NCBI GenBank assembly: GCA_030141605.1
Contig: JAQGDQ010000003.1
Coordinates: 682,001-746,000 of the forward strand
DNA: 64,000 nucleotides
Reading direction: 5' to 3'
DNA from: Tubiluchus corallicola
Taxonomy: Eukaryota; Animalia; Priapulida
Positions 58,560 to 64,000 of this stretch are shown one piece after another. The notes under the pieces were generated by a model. The model saw only the letters and a list, made by a program, of their open reading frames with translations. It was not told the origin of the DNA and ran no database searches. How positions within the stretch are numbered: the first letter of the stretch is position 1; every line of letters starts with the position of its first letter. The position numbers and the translations under genes are program-made.

Positions 58560-59330
58560 TCTCTACGATTGTGATGGGACTTATTATTTCCTAGTACAGG
58601 TAAGGGGGAGCATCATTGTAAATAATTTATTTAACTAGTAATTGTCCATGCCTGCATATAAATCATGTTTATTTAATACCGATTACAGAAATACTAAAAT
58701 AGTTTGAAATGAGGCTACATTTTCCATCTAATTGAACCTAAACCAACAGCCCTAAAGTATGCGAAAACAATCAAGCTGTTTCACTGCTGACTTTTAGCTA
58801 GGTTTAAATCAGATCTTTTCATGTTTCCACTGGTGTAAATTATGCTAAACATTTATTATTGATAAATCCATTTGGTAGCATTATAATTCAACTTTTTGCT
58901 ACAAAAGAGGTGACTAACACTGACTTCTCCACCAGTAGTGAATTGACACTGTTAAATGCATCTAGAAGAAAATCTATAAAAACGGCTGCAAGAAACTCTC
59001 ATACGAGTTTGTCAATATTGGACGAAGCCCTGAAGGAAAGGGCTGTTTGTCCAAGACAAGACTTTCAGTTCACAAATGTGATATAATAGTTAAATCGGCT
59101 TAGTTCTGCCACTATTAGAACAGCATCACTGTTCAGCGTGGCTCTTTCCCATTTGAATGATAGTAACTTTAGTTAGGTAATTTTGTATCAATGCCAGTTG
59201 ATTGTTTGTCCAAATCAAGGCAATTCTTACTGATTTGCTGATTAAGAATATAGGAAATCAAACATGGATGTCTCACTGTAGCTTACATAATAACCATATT
59301 GGTGAAGTGACCATATCATCGTACCATGTT
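58560..59330 (-). mobile_element. Highly decayed LINE reverse-transcriptase relic
   Basis: Minus-strand fragments AAVFIDF..AFNSVN (RT motif) and LDLDKQSTGID, with many stops. Confidence 0.45.
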
Positions 59331-59979
59331 GTTTATATATGCAATAATGCTGTCTATATAATATTCGTTTGTTCACTTTCTCTTTGTGAACATAAATCAT
59401 TGTAATAATGTTGTTGAGTGAATCAATAAAAGTCTAATATCTAAAGTACTAGCCATAGAATTTTTGTCTCAGAGTCCATACTAATCCAGATCTATTCACA
59501 AAAAGTGATTCGTTATATATCAGTGCAAACCTTTTAATGTAGAAAGAATAATAGCACGCGTTTTTCTTTTTACTTTTAAACATTACTGTTACTTGATACT
59601 AATTATTTTTGCTCAGCAGCAGCAGTAGAAAAATTTCTTGATCGTCAGATCGTTCTTAATGTTCATGTAAAAAGATAGAAATCTAAACATAACGAAAAAG
59701 CTAACGATATAATAACCGTTTATATTTTATAATTTCTATTACATATAGTTGTGTTATGCCATTTTTTATTCAAGAAAGAAACTGAATTTCTAAAGCTAAA
59801 TTGAATATTGATTAAACCACTTCTTAAAGAACACCATGTACGCTATAATCAAAATTGTAGTTTCATTAGATATTATGAAAAACTGAACGATTGCACGGTA
59901 ACAAAAAGGCTAGAAAAAGACCTGCATTAAACACAACGCACGATTAGGAACAAAGTTAAGCAAACCAAACAAAATTTAA

Positions 59980-60350
59980 ATATTACCTAGATATCAATAA
60001 AGATCTGATTCATCCACCCTGTGTAACCTCAGAAGCTTTCTCTTACAAACACAAGAACTTAATCAGACTTAGGACGGGCCGTCACAACTTAAAAACTGAA
60101 GCAAGAAGAAAAATGCGATTAGCACGTGAAGATAAGACATTGCACTTCATGTAATGAAATAGATGATGAACATTACTTCATTTTTAGATGAGTAAAAACG
60201 GACAATATGAGAAAAGAGTGTAGTTTTTTGTATATCATGAATTTACAACATTTATTAAACGACTATGAAGATGCTACAATAGTCATGGCGATTCTAAATA
60301 AGTATTCAAGTATTCGGCCTGTTGTAAATGTTTACTGTACACTGCCTAAA
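59980..60350 (+). mobile_element. Non-LTR retrotransposon 3' relic (RTE-X-like zinc knuckle)
   Basis: LIRLRTGRHNLKTEARRKMRLARED then frameshifted HCTSCNEIDDEHYFIFR; followed by a trinucleotide tail. Confidence 0.6.
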
Positions 60351-60365
60351 ATTTACTGCTACTGC

Positions 60366-60518
60366 ACACAACAACAACAACAACAACCACAATTACTAAA
60401 CACTACCACAACCACCGCCACCATAATCACAACCACCACCACCACCACTGCCATCACCACCGCTACTATTTACTACTACTACTACCACTACCACTACCAT
60501 TACCACTACCACTACTAT
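60366..60518. repeat. Compound (CAA)/(CCA)/(CTA) microsatellite
   Basis: Read directly; explains the poly-Q/T/Y/H ORF. Confidence 0.9.
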
Positions 60519-63189
60519 TGTTCAAACTCATTTGCCCTGTAATTCAAAAACTCGTGGACGAAATTCTAATAATTGCAACCATTTAAAGAAATCGCTCTAT
60601 TGCTGCAATTACACAGTAACAATTTAATCCTGAAACACGAAAAACTTCTCATTTCTTCAACAGTGGATTTTCCGAACAAGAGCGGGTTTACCAAAGTAAG
60701 AGGACAAAAATTTAAGGCACCACGAGAACTACAGGACATTTTCCCACTGTTCTCCTATGACTATCATTTTAAACACCCTCAATTATCACATCGGAATTTG
60801 GATAGATTGGAACTTATTTTAATGCCATATTCAAGAAAACTATTGCCAAATGAACAGTGATCAGTGTCAATTGATACTATATAATTTACGGTAGATAAGA
60901 TTGCTGCAGAATACGAGAATGAGAAAAGATAGACTTATCTTTTCTACAACGTGAACTAATTTGGAGGTAATTAGAAAGTGAAATCCCATTCGGGAGACAG
61001 CTAACCAGATTTCATGAGATAGCGTGCAGAGGATGCCCTCTTCTGTTACATGCCCAATAATCCTGAAACTGAAAAGGTTCTTTTTTCTTCTACATTTGTT
61101 GTTTTTCCGAACATGAGCAAGTTTAGCAAAGTGGGAGTACTAGCGTGAATCCGTTTTTTCCACGTTTCGCCTATCACCACCTCTCCTGCAAGTAAACACG
61201 GCCGTTTATTACTTCGCATTCTTCTTCAGCCAACTAAAAATTTCTGTTCTTCAGCTTCTACTACACGCTGTAACTCCAACAAAAATTCTCTATTCAAAAA
61301 ATGAATATGAGTACAGATAACGTTACATTCCAAGAGCGTCTATAAAGAAACCCATCAAGTTTTATCTTTAAGACTGCAGACTTCCAGATGCGAATTGAAA
61401 ATTACACGAGCGTAGTACATGGATTTGTTGCCGGCAAGCCTGCTTCTGGATGACCAATAAGCACTTGGCAGAAAAATCTTCCTTGAATTCAGTGTTGCAG
61501 AGATTTTGCACTATAAGACGCGTAAAGATTTTAGTGGTAATTCAAAAGATAGAAGCCATATGATGACAATTTATTATCAAAGCCGCGAACCATTTGGTTT
61601 AAAAAACTTTGGGTAAAATGAGAGAAGAGTAACCCGTGGACCTGTTTATAAGGTCCGTGAGAAGCCTACACCACTAATTTCCACCCACTTAAATAAGGCA
61701 TTTAATAAATAACATCAATTAATACATAAATTTAATTATTTATTTAGCGCTTTTTACTAACGAACTAAAAAAGTAAGTTACCAACTAGTTAAAACACGCT
61801 AGCATGTAGGTAGCCGTCTAGAAATGTAAATGTGATCTGTGAAGTCATAAGTCCTTGCAACTTGTCAGACAAATCTTGGCTACCAGGTACTGCACCATTG
61901 CATTACATGGACGCTGCACTTTATAAATTAACGAAGTTTAAAGGTCAAGCTAAAAAAACAGTGATTGGTAACTTTGACCTATGAATCTGGAGTCACTTAT
62001 TTCCTGTAAGAATGTATCACTATCAGCATCAAACATCTCGAATGTTTCATGCCCCCAGCTAGTATATATAGTTTGAGTTACTGGGCAGAGCCTATCCTTA
62101 CATTCAAACACAGTCCCAGCAGTTTTAATGCATTCTATCTAACCTCTAATCACATATGCAAAAACGCTTTTATCAAATTATGCACGTTCGACTGCACATT
62201 ATGAGACGATCACAAAACACCCTTACTCTCCCCGTTTAGTCATTGTGGGGGCAAAATTTATTTAGCAACTGGGCAACACTGGGAAACCAACTGTCTCCAC
62301 AATGTTTCTAGCCGCTGTTTGCTGGCTTTATCTTACGATGTCTTAATTTTCATCGTACCTCCCATAACCATAGGCCAATTAGCAGTGTAATAAGATAAAA
62401 TAAAAAATATATAGATACATGTATTTTATAAACTACGAGTTATATTTTTCATGTCATTGCACATAAGTATAACGTTAACTGTTGGCTTACGGATAAGAAA
62501 TCTGTAGCAAAACAATAATGAGAGAATCTTTCAAGGATCTAACTGTTGCCAAAATTGGCTTTTTATGAAAACAAGGAAGTGCAGGATAATAGGTTTTCTG
62601 AAAAAATTATAAATTTTTAAAGGTTTTTGTTCGCCAACTGTTCGAGATGTTAATATTCCCACGCTCGTAATTGTTTGGTGCTCTAATTCACTGCTCTACA
62701 CTGAGCGTATAAAAGCAGTTGCAAATACATGGTAAATTTTCCTTCGAGGGGGATTTTGTCGTTTTTTTGAAGAGGCTTTTCATCATTTTTGTAGTGGCAG
62801 ACTCGACAGCAGATTTTGAAATACGCACCGTTGTGCCATCTGTTGACAGAAAAAAACAAACACAACCTCGATCAAAAAGTAAATGAAAATATATTTTTCC
62901 TCAAACGTTGAGTTATAAGCGTGAATTTCTTTTACAAACAACATTAGCATTAAATTTTCAAACTTTTAATTCTGATTAGACCGGGGGTCCCAAAATTTGG
63001 CCTAAATGACGAACAGACCAAATCCAGTGTAAGACTCTCATCAAAATTACTCATACTGAAATAATATTAAAATTCATCAAAATGTAACCTGTTCATTTTT
63101 TTACTGTAGTCTGGCTCTAAATTTAAATCAAGTTTAGTCGAATAATCTGTAACAAATAATAACAATATCCACAGTTAATGTTTTGTAAT

Positions 63190-63560
63190 TTTAACTACTT
63201 TCAAACAAGTTTCTTCCCTTCTTGTATGAAAGAATGGAATAAGCTTGCTGTCGACGTTAGAAATAAATCGTCAGTAAGTAGTTCTAAGAAAGTTCTAATT
63301 AAAACTTATCGTCCTCCCGTTATTATTCTACTGGCTCACGTTACGCTTCTACGTTAACCTGTAGATTAAGATTGGGTACAAATGCTTTAATTTACTTTCT
63401 GTACGAACGCAGCTAATCATGTTCTCCTAAATATTTGTAACAAAAATGTGCAAACAGAAGCTGTTACATTATTTACTAATATGGCCATTTTACAATGCTA
63501 CAAGATTACCTTACTTGAGTAAAGTAACTGATTTAATGCCCCGTATGTTAATTTTAATGG
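63190..63560 (+). mobile_element. CR1-type LINE ORF2 C-terminal relic
   Basis: FQTSFFPSCMKEWNKLAVDVRNKSSVSSSKKVL followed by LTCRLRLGTNAL. Confidence 0.65.
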
Positions 63561-64000
63561 CTTTTTGATGGTCGATAAAGCTAAACTTTTAGTTGCTGGA
63601 TCCGATCCGTTTCCAAAATCTATTAATCAAACATTGCTTAACGAAAGACAAATGCACATTACTAAGGCAAAAAGGCAAATATAGTTAACTAAGAATAAAG
63701 ATTTCATTATTATTATTATATATTTCTTTAAATATATACACGTCTATATTCTCTGTTGCTAGTCATTGTAATTCTTATTGTCTTAGCTAGTCGAAATAAT
63801 AACAGTATGTTATTTAACGTGTCCACCGTTTATTTATCTAGATTATTAATAGATAAGTACACAACTAGCACACTTCCATAATATATTCAGAAAAAATCTT
63901 TGGGTTAAGCAGCTCTAGTTGTTTTATAGATAATTCTGTTAAAAAATAAATACGTTTGTAAAAAACAATATCTATTAGACATAATCTTTACATGCTTTTC

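Noticed and set aside
60207-60542. Q/T/Y/H-rich ORF
   Set aside because: Microsatellite tail of a retroelement relic
61490-62281. cagtgttgc ... gcaacactg as hAT termini
   Set aside because: Only a 9-bp match and no target-site duplication

Overview
AT-rich, intron-rich animal (probably invertebrate) genomic DNA carrying two convergent genes. (1) A complete kinesin-6 gene of the KIF20A/KIF20B (MKLP2/MPP1) type on the + strand. I reconstructed 31 phase-consistent GT-AG coding exons by hand from ATG 9166 to TAA 44567 (~2425 aa), with a KIF20B-like C-terminus. (2) A FAM53-family gene on the - strand, with coding exons found from 53795 down to the stop at 50086; its start exon is unresolved. The most notable feature is a composite exon in the middle of the kinesin gene (24383-26887). 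It can be spliced early into the long coiled-coil stalk, or read through into a 2.4-kb stop-free frame with its own stop and poly(A) signals. Read-through gives a second motor (~1739 aa) whose ~795-aa disordered tail carries candidate PP1, calcineurin, PP2A-B56, HP1 and APC/C docking motifs. Other observations are a tandemly duplicated exon pair, hierarchical 28-aa/87-aa stalk repeats, an intronic copy of the P-loop codons that differs only at third positions, a G2/M-type promoter, several MITEs (one a pogo/Tigger deletion derivative), LINE relics and micro/minisatellites. All calls come from reading the sequence by eye; no alignments or searches were run.
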